Assembly (NCBI GenBank): GCA_026023565.1
Contig: JAPETS010000029.1
Coordinates: 310,001-374,000 of the forward strand
DNA from: Cirrosporium novae-zelandiae
Taxonomy: Eukaryota
Direction of reading: 5' to 3'
Length of the DNA: 64,000 nt
Part shown: piece by piece, positions 1 through 12,108 of the stretch
How the letters are laid out: every line of letters starts with the position of its first letter
Position numbering within the stretch: the first letter of the stretch is position 1
Program-made: the position numbers and the translations under genes
Notes under the pieces: generated by a model
The model's input: the letters and a program-made list of their open reading frames with translations, nothing else
Told to the model about the DNA's origin: nothing
Database searches by the model: none

Positions 1-1524
1 AATGAGCGAGAGCACCCGCAGCCCGACCGATGGTGCTGAAAAGCATGTGGAAGTTTGGTGAGATGCCCCTATTTTTTTGCAAAGTAAAGATTAGTCACAT
101 ACATAAATCGGAGAGAGAGTAGGAAGGAGCGTATAAGACGTACATAGCCTTATAAACAAAACTGGCAAATAAATCGGCATTACACCTCAAATGGCGGCTA
201 GTAAAATACTCATCCTTATTCGCGATGCGATCGATTTCCATAGCTGTATCGAGTGTGGGATCGTTCGTCGGGTATTTCTCGCGCAGGTCCGCGAGGATGC
301 GGCGGATGATGACGGAGCGGGGATCCGTAGTTTTGTAGACACGGTGACCGTATCCAAAAAGACGAAGTTCTTTTCTTTTTACTTTTTCAATGAGCGCCGG
401 GACGTTCTCGGGGGAGCCGACAGCCTTGATCTGCGTGTATGCCACTTCAATTGCACCGCCGTGGAGGATTCCATGGCCACATAGGAGACAGGAAGCAACT
501 GATGATAGCGGATCTGTGAGACTGGAGGCGGTGTTAAGAAGTTGGTTTGTGGAATTTGTGAGTTCGTGATCGGCGCTCAAGAGCCACATTTTCTCAAGGG
601 CGTGCACATGCACGGGGTCTGGGCGACCGGTTTTGGGATCGTCATGACCGATCATGTGAAGGAAGTTTTCAGGGTAGCTGAAAGAAGGGGAGGGGGGCGT
701 AAAGGGGATGTTGTGGGCATGGCAGTATGCGATTGCAACGGTGGTTACGTAGGTTGATAGGGCGCGGGGCAATTCCTGGTCTACGCGAGACAGGTTGCCG
801 AGGTAGATGTTCTTGCCGGACATGGAGGGAACAGAGGATGGCTTTGAAGCAATGGCGGCTGAGAGGCCGGCGATTACCATCATTATTGGGGAGTCATTTT
901 GACTGGAGAGAGTTGTTAGTAGGGGGGTGGGTTTGAGGGTAAAGATTTTTGGAGGCCTACTCGAAGCCCCTGATGACATCAAAGACTGTCTGAGGCTGAG
1001 GAGGTACTGCGCTGATGCTGTTGGCGAATCTTGTCGCTTCTTGGGGCGTGGGAAGATGACCGAAGATGAGAAGACTGGCAACTTCGAGGTAGGAATGATC
1101 CCATACGAGATCTTGGAGATGGATTCCTCGGAATTGAATGGTACCTTTCTTTCCATCTCTATGGTTGGTATTAGTGGATTTTCAAGATTACTAGGGATGC
1201 TTTCAATACTGACACGTAGGTAATCTCGGATTTCGTGACTGCAGTGTTCATGAACCCAGGGTCAAGCACACGAATACCATTTTCGGTCTGATCAGCAGGG
1301 TGTCTGGGATCTGATGGAGCTATCATCTGCTTGAATGCAGTCGCAGGGATGGAGTTTTGTTCGATAGGAATCCTATATGTTCGACCGGTGCGGTGATCCT
1401 TTACCGTGAGATATAGGCCTGAGGCGATTGAACCCACCAAAGAGACTTTGTGGTAAAAGGTAGCCTTGTATGACATATACCTCTTGTAGGCATATTGGAG
1501 AAATTGTGTATGTGATTGAAACAT
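1..1524 (-). CDS. Citrate synthase-like protein (possibly secondary-metabolism alkylcitrate synthase type); 3' end runs off the window start
   Basis: Spliced reading gives VLDPGFMNTA...ITYVDGKKGTIQFRG, ADHELTNST, LHGGA, FGYGHRVYKTTDPR, CNADLF and IGRAAGALAH, so the catalytic His/His/Asp are present. GT-AG introns at ~1213-1159, ~960-903 and ~143-69. Start could be ATG 1524 or 1476. The N-terminal part of track ORF 95..1156 is in the wrong frame. Confidence 0.9.
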
Positions 1525-3911
1525 CTTGACCAATTGACCGACTTGAATACCAAGCCAAATGTAGATGAATGAAGAATATGAATAAGGAGAGCTACTTGAG
1601 AGATTCAAGCTGTGTGTAGTAAGAAATGTTAGAGCTCGACAGCAATCCTCGAGTGTTTAAATACTCGATTTGAACGCCATATAAGGCCATATATATCAAG
1701 GAGAGCGCCGAGATAGGATCAAACAGTAGTATCATAATCAAGACTAGCGAAAAAGACAGTAAACTTGAGATTTTGACCGAGCATGATCTGACCAAAGGAC
1801 TCATTATCCCGCTCATGTCTGCTCCTCTAGAGCAATAGATGCATGTATTCGTGGCATAACTGACTTGGCAAAGCTTTGAACATTGGCTAGATGTGGCAAT
1901 CGAGTATTCGCGATTGAGCAACAGATAACGGGGATGCAAATATCTCCTTAGGGCTTTGCACAGGAGTTGTTCTCACGTCCTTCAGAATATGATAGTGGGG
2001 CTAGACCTTGTTCACATGTCAAAGTAGAGAGAGGACTGGAGTGGGAACGTGGTCCGTGAACAGCCTGACATTGGCATATGGATTTAACTATGGCTCATTG
2101 CATAACAGAAAAGCGGTTGCTGGAGTTGGAACGTGCTCCGAGATTTGGCTCCCGGGATTGGCATATGGCACAAGCCCTGCATAACAGAACTATGTTTGAT
2201 AGTGTTCAGGTACCGTGCCATTCCCTGATCTTGCGAACCCGCACCCCCGAGGGTTGCATTTCCAGATGTTTCCAGACATGGCATACGGACTTTTTATTTT
2301 ATGCTGGACGAAGGACAAGCCTATGTCGAATATTGCCAATGGTGAAGATTATTGATATATTAATCATGAAGATAGTCACTGAGTGGACTGTGCAGGTGAC
2401 GTTAGATATGAGTAGATAGGCGACAAATCAGAGATAACTAGATTTCAAGATTCCCAGGGTCACAAAAGAAAGTTGAGACAAGAGACATAATAAGACTAGG
2501 GGCTGCACAGAATTCCCAATCCATGTATCAAGATTCAAGAATCAAAAAGAAAGACCTGACCCGGAAATTGTGTCTGGTAAGAACGGAGAACTTTGTTTAG
2601 TGCATGCGAAAGCCGTGGACATGGACGTGGAAGAAGGAATCTAAGGAACTGACAACTGTACTGCGCTATATTGTACTGTGATAGGCTGGAAGGGATTGAC
2701 ATGTGAAATAATGGAAGATTGGGAAATGGAAATTCACATGTGAAAGGGTCCTCCTCATAGGGCTGAGATGTCACGTGTATCAGTGGAGAGTAAAGAAAGC
2801 GGAGGACGGTGAAGAACGAAGTGGTTACTCGAGTACTCGAGTAATTACCGTACAGACTAATCCAAGTTGAGATACTGTAAGCGTACTTAAGTATACATAA
2901 AGTTTACTGGAAAAATAGAACACCACCAGTCACCACCACTCACGATAAGGTGCCTCGCTCTCATCAGCCGAAAAGTCAAGCCAATTTCTTCATCTCTTGA
3001 TTGCCGCCGATTGGCACCCGAAGCCGCGGGCCGTTCCAGCCCACTTGACCCGGATACGTTAATCCACGATTCCTCTACGTAGTAGATTGCCTGAGTTACA
3101 TCCTCGCTTCCTCTGTCTGTAACACCATCACCACTTATCCACCATCATCATCCAATTGTTGTGTATCGTGTTTTTCGAATTTCATTGGAATTGCCAAGCT
3201 ACTATTGTTTGCAAGTAATCCCTTCCCGCCTCCCTGACTGTGGTTTATACTGACATATTCTGTTTAGCCTTCATACTCCCCCCCCTCTATCTACATCCAG
3301 AAAATGGTATTCTTGTTAAATCAGACACCATTGATTCTAAACTGGTGGAATTCGCCATTCTCAGATCAATATATATACAACTATCGTTCCCATGATTGAT
3401 GTAGGTTAGGTATTGATTAATACTCGATTCGATTTGCATGTTTGGAGAATCTGTCCACTCAGCGTTTACTTAATTTGACTTATTGCCAAGACCGGAAGCT
3501 TTTAACGGGAAAGATCTATGGTGTAGAGTGGCGAGCTAACTCGGTAGAATTCGACTGAGCGTTGTTTTAGTATTCCTTTGGTGCCTTCTTATCATCATCC
3601 GATACAGATGCGAAGAGTAATATCTCTCGCTACGTACGTATGAGTTGTAGACTGCAGCACCATCTATCAGTCAATCCCAAGCATGTGAAGATGTAGCTTC
3701 GTTTTTTGAGGTAGCACTCCATGCCCTCATGTCCCCTATGCTTTACTCTGACGCTTTTAGTAGACCCTTGAATTTTCCTTCTGTGTCCTTGTCCTGCTTC
3801 ATATGTTCCCAGTTGTATGTGTATGTACTTCATTGTCTTGAATCTATTAGCTGCCACATCCCAATCTATTTGAGCACTCCCTTCTGACATATTTCAAACT
3901 GGCGTTCCTAG

Positions 3912-5515
3912 ACGCAGAGAAGGCTGGTGATCAGTATTCTGATGAAGACAATGTGATCGTTGTAAGTGATATACTCCCCTGCTTCATGTATAGAGATGAT
4001 ATCTAAATCTTCGCCAGACCTGGGACTCACCAGAGGACCCCAGCAATCCACGAAACTGGAGCTCGCTCAAGAAATGGACCAATGTAGCCATCGTGTCTGC
4101 TCAAGGAACCATTTCTCCAGTAGCCTCCACGGCATTAGCATCAGGAAGTTTTGTCCTCACTAATGAGCTGCATGTCACAAATTCATATGTGCTGAGCCTG
4201 CCTGTGGCGCTCTATGTACTTGGACTGGGTCTTGGCCCCCTATGGCTAGCACCTCTATCTGAGCTTTATGGCCGCCGTCAGATATACGTGTCCTGCTATA
4301 TCGCCTTCACCCTGCTGACCGTTGGATGTGCTCTTTCACCGAACATCACCTGTCTCTCCATCCTCCGTCTCTTCACCGGGATGGCAGGGTCTGCCGGCCC
4401 CTCCATCGGCGGCGGAACAATCGGAGACATGTTCGACAAAAAAGAAAGCGGAAAAGCCCAAGCACTCTTCGGGTTCGGGCCCACAGGCGGTCCAGTCATC
4501 GGTGGAGTAATCGGCGGCTTCATTGCCGCGGGAACTCCCACCTGGCGATGGCTGATGTGGGTGATGGCAATAGCGGCGGGGGTGACGACGTTGATATCGA
4601 TTTTGTTTCTGCGAGAGACATACGCGCCGTTTATCCTGTCGCAGAAATTGAAGCGTCTGAGGAAAGAAACTGGTAATAAAACGCTGCAAACAGAAGTAGT
4701 ATTGGATGCGAAAGAATTATTCTCCAAAACTCTCTTTCGACCTATTCGACTGCTTTTTTGCGAGCCGGTCTGTACGGTTATGAGCATATACATGGCATTG
4801 TAAGCACCACTACCACCACCACAAATCACACCACCAACAAACTAACCCCCCCCCTAGAATCTACGGAATCCTTTACCTGCACCTAGTAACAATCCCCCTC
4901 CTATACGGCTCAGAAGGGCAACTCTACGGGCTCTACTCATACGACTGGAAAAACGGGCTGGTCGGGCTCGCCTACCTAGGCGGTGGCGCCGGCTCGATAA
5001 CCAGTACGGTTTTCTGTGCGTTATTCCTGAACCGCGCCTACCTATACATGGTGCGGCGCAACGCTCGGAAAAACCCATCCCAGGGACCCCCCAAAGAATC
5101 CCCCGAGTACCGCATGCCGCCCATGCAGCTGGGAATGCTCCTCGTGCCCTTGGGCCTCTTCATCTTTGCCTGGACCGCCGCCAACGCCTCCTCCGAAGGC
5201 AACATCCACTGGGTCCTGCCGCTCGTCGGCGCCGCGGTCTTCTGCTTCGGCATGCTCATTACTTACATCTGCATCCAGACGTACCTTGTGGATGTGTTCC
5301 GTTTGTATGGGGCATCGGCGCTGGCGGCTGCGATCGTGCTGAGGAGTCTGTTTGGGTGCGTGTTTTCGGTTATTGGGTATAAGCTCTATGTAGCTTTGGG
5401 GTATGGGTGGGGGACTAGCTTGTTGGGGTTTTTGACGCTGGCGTTTGTGCCCGTGCCATGGTTTTTGTATGTTTATGGGGAGAGGTTGAGGGGGGGTGGG
5501 GATGGGAGTAGGTGA
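3912..5515 (+). CDS. MFS transporter, DHA1 (drug:H+ antiporter) family; 5'-most exon(s) unresolved
   Basis: WDSPEDPSNPRNWS, LAPLSELYGRR, WRW, LRETYAP and PEYRMPP motifs with multiple hydrophobic helices. Introns at 3962-4017 and ~4800-4857. The true start is upstream and could be ATG 3304. Confidence 0.9.
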
Positions 5516-6253
5516 GGAGGATGAGAAGGAGTGAGCGAGTTGGTTGTTGGTCGTTGGCTATTGGATGGTATTGAGGTTCTGTGAACTGGTTACACAATAT
5601 TAACTTACTGTATTAATAAACCTACACAGACTGAACTAATTACCGTAAAAAAACGAATAATACCAATACCAATGCCAAATAGCACCAGCGCCTTCCTTAC
5701 CCTCAACCCTGTAACCACCCTCTGATACCATTATGCCTAAGCTAGCTGTAGCCTTCATAGACCACCACCATCACGAATAATCCTAAAACCACAAACTACA
5801 TATCTCCCTCCCTTTCTCTCTCACACAACACCACCTAGATTTCCTCATTAATCCTAATCAAATAAAAAAAGCGTTGTATCTCGATTCAAATTACTCACTC
5901 ACTTATTCATTCATTCATTCATAGGTAATGATTAATTACTTTACTCTACTTGGTCTAGGATTTATAATTACTTAAGTAGCTATAAAATGGCTATTTCTGT
6001 CTAGAATGGGATGGGGGACTTTTTTTTGTTTGTTTTCTTTCTTTCTTCTATTGAAAGGGGGGGGTGATATGTAGGTAATGTAATTAGTTGATAGCTGTAT
6101 GACTATAGCGTGAATAGGTAGGTATTCTATGCTAGTGACCATTTACAACTCCGGCAGATCCCTCATCTCCCGCCTATTGCCTCCCGCGTTCGATTGGCTT
6201 ATCGAGCTCCTAAAACATCCTTGAGCTTTTTCGACCACAACACATTTGCAATC

Positions 6254-6630
6254 ATGGTTGAAATTGATATCGACATGTCTCGACGTAACAAGAGACCACG
6301 TATACTGTCTGAATCCAAGAGAGAACGACTGGACGAATTCATTAATTCCATACACTATTCTACCAGGTGGTCCTTACCTCGTTGGCGGGTCCAAGACCCC
6401 ACCACGCCTCCATTCGCTGCCTCTGCAAGTGACTTTTCGACGATCGGGTACAGGCATGTTGTTTTGCGTATTGGGAAGGTAAGGCAGATACTTCGAGCTT
6501 TATAACGACGGTGTACGTTAAAAAGGTGGGGTTTCTCAAAGACCTTGTATATATCACCGAATCCGATTCTCAAAGGCGCCAGTAGGAGATGAGTATCGAA
6601 TTAGGTTTAGGGTGGAAGACATATTGTCAA
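6254..6630 (+). pseudogene. CKS1: Degenerate CKS1 (CDK regulatory subunit) copy or fragment
   Basis: MVEIDIDMSRRNKRPRILSESKRERLDEFINSIHYSTR matches the fungal Cks1 N-terminus and is followed by a GT at 6367. Eroded YRHVVL and LGLGW motifs lie downstream in different frames with stops. Confidence 0.6.
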
Positions 6631-6644
6631 TATTTGAGCTCTCA

Positions 6645-6835
6645 TGAGCTGATTGCACCGTATCGATGTGCGAGATGTTGTATCCAATTACTTAGACTTC
6701 TTGCGGAAGAATGCAGCAATCTCGGAGTCATAGTCTGCTGTATGCTCGAATGCCTTAAGAGCATGCAGCTTCTTGCTCTTATCCGCTACCTCACCTCCTC
6801 TAGCTCCTTCAGGGGCTAATGAATAGTCGGTAAGC
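6645..6835 (-). pseudogene. ADE17: Internal fragment of bifunctional AICAR transformylase/IMP cyclohydrolase (ADE16/17, purH)
   Basis: GEVADKSKKLHALKAFEHTADYDSEIAAFFRK, then after a frameshift IQHLAHRYGA. This matches the ALKAFEHTADYD...LRYGANPHQ region of fungal Ade16/17. No flanking parts of the gene are visible. Confidence 0.7.
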
Positions 6836-7644
6836 TTGGTCGGCTCCATGGGTATGATCATTACCTCTAGATCCAGTGGGGCTTGGGGGGAAGGAAACGA
6901 GTCTTTACCTCCGAGAGGGTGGTGGAGGTAGACATTTTGAATATATATGATTGTGGGATACGACATTTTGAATATATAGATGGGGAAGTTATTGTTCGAA
7001 GTGAGAGTATGAAAAGCTTTGAGGGTGTATGAAGAACTAGGGGATATGGGAGGAAGTTAAGAATATTAGGAAAACCGAATGAGAATTGCATTGGATGGAC
7101 TCGGCGCCTCTATAAATGCAAAATTCTGAAGTGCTCTAAGATGCCATTTCACATGCGACTGGTTGGCTTTGAAACTTATCTTGGGAAGTTGCAGTGGAAA
7201 CATTCAATATCTGGCCACACACAACGAATTCATATTAACGTAGCGAAAAAGAACAGTCTCTCCTTCCAGCATTAGTCTTTTCGATATAGATTCTTTTAAC
7301 ATACGTCGACCCCAAATTTAGGAGGAAAGATTCAAAAATGTTATTTCATGCATCTCTCCTTCCGATGACGACGCAGTCCTCAAATCTGCGACTGTCTGCT
7401 CTGATGAAAAAAACCAACCATCTCAAGCATTTGACTTGCACCGTCGTCGCACTTGCAATTATTATTTTTTAATCATCCTATTCTTTCCTTCTAGTTTTCC
7501 GTATCATTCACCGCACAAGCTTAATCAGAGAAACTGATAGACATCTATTCTGCTCAAAAGGGTCCTTTCAACTTCGATTTTGGTTAGTTAGTCCTTTCCC
7601 TTATATTTTTTCACCATACAATTTTAAATACCTAAAAACATAGA

Positions 7645-8178
7645 CTAGCCTTCAATTTCCCTGGAGTTGTTGAAATGTGCTCCAGTGGGCACAATCAAGC
7701 CTTCTACATAATCGAACATGCCCATGGGCACATCGACTCCCTTGACGTAGTCTTCCAGCATTTCCCTGAATCTAGGCCAAGAATAATAATGTCGATGAGG
7801 GATCAAAGTGCCCCATCCATCACCATCGTCATAATGTAAATGTGGATGCCAAATGCTGATGAGGGTGGTCTGTTTCAAGATAGGATCAGGAATCATGTTG
7901 AGATACTCATTCATACACAAACGGTGACAAAAGGCAGGATTTCTGGGGCGTTGGATTAGCGTGACGAAGGCTTCCATCTCGCAGTAGATTTGACGACAGC
8001 TCGTCCGGAGATTTCTAACATCTAAGCGAGGCTGTAATTGCGCCTGGCGTCTACCATGACATTTTTGAATATCCCCATCTAACGAGCACGAAGGATCGAG
8101 AGGAATGACATGTTGCGTTGTGAGTTTGTATATCTGGTTTCGAAGTTCCGCCGGAAGGGAGAGAAAGGGAAAAGGCAT
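7645..8178 (-). CDS. Small protein with N-terminal F-box-like motif
   Basis: 177-aa ORF starting MPFPFLSLPAELRNQIY, with a downstream LRTSCRQIYCE motif typical of fungal F-box-like families. Confidence 0.65.
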   Translation of the reverse strand: MPFPFLSLPAELRNQIYKLTTQHVIPLDPSCSLDGDIQKCHGRRQAQLQPRLDVRNLRTSCRQIYCEMEAFVTLIQRPRNPAFCHRLCMNEYLNMIPDPILKQTTLISIWHPHLHYDDGDGWGTLIPHRHYYSWPRFREMLEDYVKGVDVPMGMFDYVEGLIVPTGAHFNNSREIEG

Positions 8179-8542
8179 TTCGGCTCTCGGATGGGTCTAG
8201 GTGATTGGGTATGCATGAGATGCTGCATTGCAATGTATTAATTAATATATATTGACGTGGTGTCATTTACATCGAGTTCTACTGTAGATACTTTGTCGTC
8301 CCTTGGTCCGTTGCATAAAGCTTCCGAGATCCGAGATGCTTCTAGTAACATCTGCCTCCATCTCGCTATCTCAGCCTTATCCAAAGCCATATTTAACATA
8401 CCTAACTACTATACCAAGCCAGTATAAACGCTAGTCAAAGGTGCTATTTAATATAAATATATACATCTACTCCAGATCCGATAACAAAATCATGTTTTTC
8501 ATCGCCAAGTAAGCCAATATAATAACACTATCTCCAAAGTCT

Positions 8543-10123
8543 TCATGGGTCCCATGGGCCTATTGCTCTCTGGCCCGTCAAGAGTTCAGGCAATCCCTCC
8601 TCATTCACAAGCAGGATATCTTCATGTCTCACACCAAAATACCAATCGATATAAATCCCAGGCTCGCATGTAAAGGCCATACCGGGTTTCAGAATGGACT
8701 CGAAATTTCCTTTGTTTAGATAAGGGCTCTCATGAGCCTTGATACCTATTCCATGGCCCACCCGATGAGTAAATTCCTTACGGTATCCAGCCTCTTCAAT
8801 CACATGTCGTGCAGCAATATCTGCGCTTGCAGCAGTAGCATTGTGCTTCATAGCTTCAATCGATCGGCTTTGTGCTTCAAATACAATATCCCAAACTTTC
8901 AGCTTCTCTTGTAATTTAGGGCTTAGGGCTTGTACATCTGCTTTAGTAGTAGGCTTAGGGAAGGAGGGTGGAAAGAAAGTACGACATATGTCGGATGAGT
9001 AGCCATAAAGATGTGCGCCAACGTCGATCAGGACATAATCGTCTGATTTGAGTACTCTAGTACCATCAATTCCTCCATGCGGAAGGGCGGCATCCTCTTC
9101 GAAGAGAACGATATCGAAGAAAGGTTCCATTCCTGCGACTCGAAGGGTGTTGTCAAGAACATGCATCACATCATTCTCAGTCAATCCAGGATAAAGACAT
9201 TTTCGCATTTGGCGCACCGCTTCCACGGTACCTGTGTTCACGGCTCTAAGAATTTCGACTTCCCTAGGAGACTTCCTCTGTCTCACAGCTTCCACGGTGC
9301 CACTGAGGCCAACGACATCAAAACCGGCTTTTCCAAGCCCCCTTTGAATAAAGTCTCGCATCTCTTCGTCGACCATTATTTTTGGCGTCTGGCCCCGTCC
9401 TAAGAGTGGAGCAAATGTATGAGAATCAAGCAAGGTTGTATACGGATTCCAGTGCTCTTCCCAAGTCACGAGTTGAAGGGCTTCAGGAAATGGCATATGA
9501 AGTAGTCGAGCTCGTTCAGCTTCAAACGACGGTACGAGGAAGCTGGTATTTGCGATGGTTCGTCCCGTCTCAAGGTCCTTCGCGGGTTTAACTACCATGA
9601 GAAATGGTCTTTCTTCGGGCTCCCATACTTCCCATTTGGGCTGGCTGACGTTCGCGTAGTACTTGAAAGTATATCCTGGTTCCACAACGAAGGCGGAGAC
9701 TCCATCTCGCTCAAGAGCTACAGCTAATCTATCCCGTCGCTGGACATATTCAACGACCGGTAGTTCGGCTGCAGATCCCAAAAATGGGAGACCTGTACCC
9801 AAGAAATTCTTAATAGAGCATTGCTGAAAACTTTCAAGGTCCGAAGGAATGATGTGTGACTTTGGCGAATCATTGAAATCGGTTGTAGTTTCTGTTATCC
9901 CTTGGGACGTTGGTTCTATCTGAACGTGAAAATCCGGCACCTGCATCAAGATTTCAGTGTTCTGACGACCAGTAATAATTAGAGCCTATAAACATACAAT
10001 GTACAGAAAAGTGACCATGAAGGCTAAGAACCCGAAAACATGTTGGATTGATCTTCTTGTAGTTGAGTTCTTTCTTGACCTTGATGGCACTGGCTCAGGG
10101 AGACTCTTCTTGTCTAGAATCAT
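8543..10123 (-). CDS. M24B metallopeptidase (Xaa-Pro dipeptidase/aminopeptidase P) with N-terminal signal anchor
   Basis: Metal ligands in IDVGA, YSSDICRT, HRVGHGIG..HE, EPGIY and GVRHED. Exon 1 (ATG 10123, MILDKKS...VFGFLAFMVTFLYI) joins through a GTATGT...TGCAG intron (~9997-9941) in frame to VPDFHV. Confidence 0.9.
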
Positions 10124-10529
10124 GATTGAAGTTCTGTCAAAATTGCAGATAGGTACTTCAGGAGATGTCTGATTGTCGAGAACCTAATGTTTTGAATACG
10201 AGGCAGCTTAGTATCAGCTATGAGCTAAATAGTACTAACTCCCGCAATCGGCCCTGAGGTTATCATAGGTATTGTAGCATATCTGCTTCCAGGCCATGGC
10301 TTCCATTTCAATTCAGATTTGTCAAGGTAATTACCAACAGAAGTAGATGTTTCAACATGTTTGCAGAGACCAACGATGTCAACCTTACGCCCAAAGGAGT
10401 TCTCCGCAGCCAGAAAGAGTAAAAAGTAAACAGAGACACATGTCTTTCCTAATTACACTCTGTTATTTTTGTGTAAAGATGCGGAGTTAAATCTATGAAA
10501 AATATGCAATTCATTATCTAATCTTAGCA

Positions 10530-10541
10530 CGGAATATTCCG
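10530..10541. promoter_or_regulatory. Palindromic CGG-N6-CCG, candidate Zn2Cys6 transcription-factor site
   Basis: CGGAATATTCCG is a perfect palindrome ~400 bp upstream of the peptidase ATG, nested within CTTAGCA...TGCTAAG inverted arms. Confidence 0.25.
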
Positions 10542-10896
10542 AAATATTATTATTTTCCTGCTAAGGTCACAACTCAGTTGCTTATCCACCGACCTTTATA
10601 TCACCTCAACTTTCAGGCTTCGAAGAATTTAGCTAGCCGGGATGGAATTCTTACTACCCAGCACCCAAAGGGGGTAGGATATATACCCAACTCCATAAAT
10701 CTGGAAGCTTCTTATAAAGGAGACTTTTCAGTAACGATCTAACTTCACTACTCTAACCTGACCTTGCAAGCTGTATCATTGCAGCTGTTCATTCCTCACA
10801 TATATCCCAAGTCCTGTTTCTGCACTACATACAGGTTTATACTCGTCTTCATATTCTTCCTCTAATCTCCCGCTTAAAAAAGAAAGAAAGGAAATA

Positions 10897-12108
10897 TCAT
10901 ACCTGTTCCCCATCCACAACCACAACCCCTTTTCCCTTCAACCTCCCACTTTCTGCAACCTCCACCAACTCCCTCACCCTTTCCAAGCCCTCAACCAAAA
11001 ATGTCTTGGCCCGAATCCCGTACCTCGCCACCGCATCCAGCATATCCCTCGCCTGTTCTCGCGAGCACAGCAAGCTCCCACTAACTCTAACATCTCGAAA
11101 TATGAGTTCTGCATAGGGTATGGAGACGCGAGGTGGCTGTGCGATTTGCACCAAGCGACCATGCATCCGAGTTACGGCAGCAGCGAGACCGGCGGCGGAG
11201 TCCGCGTCGCTGAGGTTCAAGGTCGCGTCTGCTCGTTTACCGCTCGTGGCTTTCTCGACTTGGTTTATGATTTCTGAGTGTTCGATACGCGCGTCGAGGA
11301 CTATTTCAGCGTTTTCTTCTCGACAGAGTTCTAAGCCCTCGTCGCGCGCGTCGATGGCTATGACTTTTAGCTGCTGTACGTGCGCAAATTGGATTCCTAG
11401 ATGGCCGAGGCCGCCACCTGCGCCAACGATTGCGAGGGTTTGATTTGGTTGGAGGGATGCATCTATGATACCGCGCCAGACGGTTTTTCCAGCGCAGGCG
11501 AGCGGCGCAGCGGTTGTGAAGGGGATGGAGGGGGGAATGGGTGTAGCCTCCCGGCCATCGCAGACGACAAATTCGGCGAATGTGCCGTGCACAGTAACGC
11601 CGATATTGGACGCGTAAGGACAGTACTGGGTGTATTCTGAGGGCCCGGTGCAGGAAGCGCAGTGACCACAGGCATCTTTGGCGATGCCTATCATGACGCG
11701 GTCGTTGGGTATAAGATTGGCTATAGAGGAACCGATTGCGACGACTGTGCCGGCACCCTGGGAGGTAAGGGGGTTTGTTAATTTTTTCCTTTTTTTGCCT
11801 TGAGACTAGAGGGATTAATTTACTTCGTGTGATGCTGTGCGTGGTAAGGTAGCTCCAAACACGCCATCTCTAACCATGAAATCTGTATGGCATAAGCCTG
11901 CGGTTGCAGTTTTGACTAATATTTCGTGAGGTCCTAGATTCCGTGGATCAGGAATGGGGATGGTATTTAAAGAGTAGGGTTTGTGAAACTATTTTTTTTC
12001 TTAGCCATTGTTAGGTATTACTTTAGGATCAGTAGTATAAAGGGGGAAACTTACTTCTGTGACCTGCACAGCCGTCATGGCTTTAGGGAGCTGAAGGCTG
12101 GATGCCAT
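10897..12108 (-). CDS. Zinc-dependent alcohol dehydrogenase (MDR family)
   Basis: Spliced: AGLCHTD, SHEGAG, structural-zinc CGHCASC...C, APLACAG and GAGGGLG. Two 5' introns at ~12054-11990 and ~11823-11758. The CAG|GTATGA at the stop could hide a further 3' intron. Confidence 0.9.

Noticed and set aside
1592..2800. ORFs of 66-115 aa in the citrate synthase/MFS intergenic region
   Set aside because: No family motifs. Lengths are compatible with chance.
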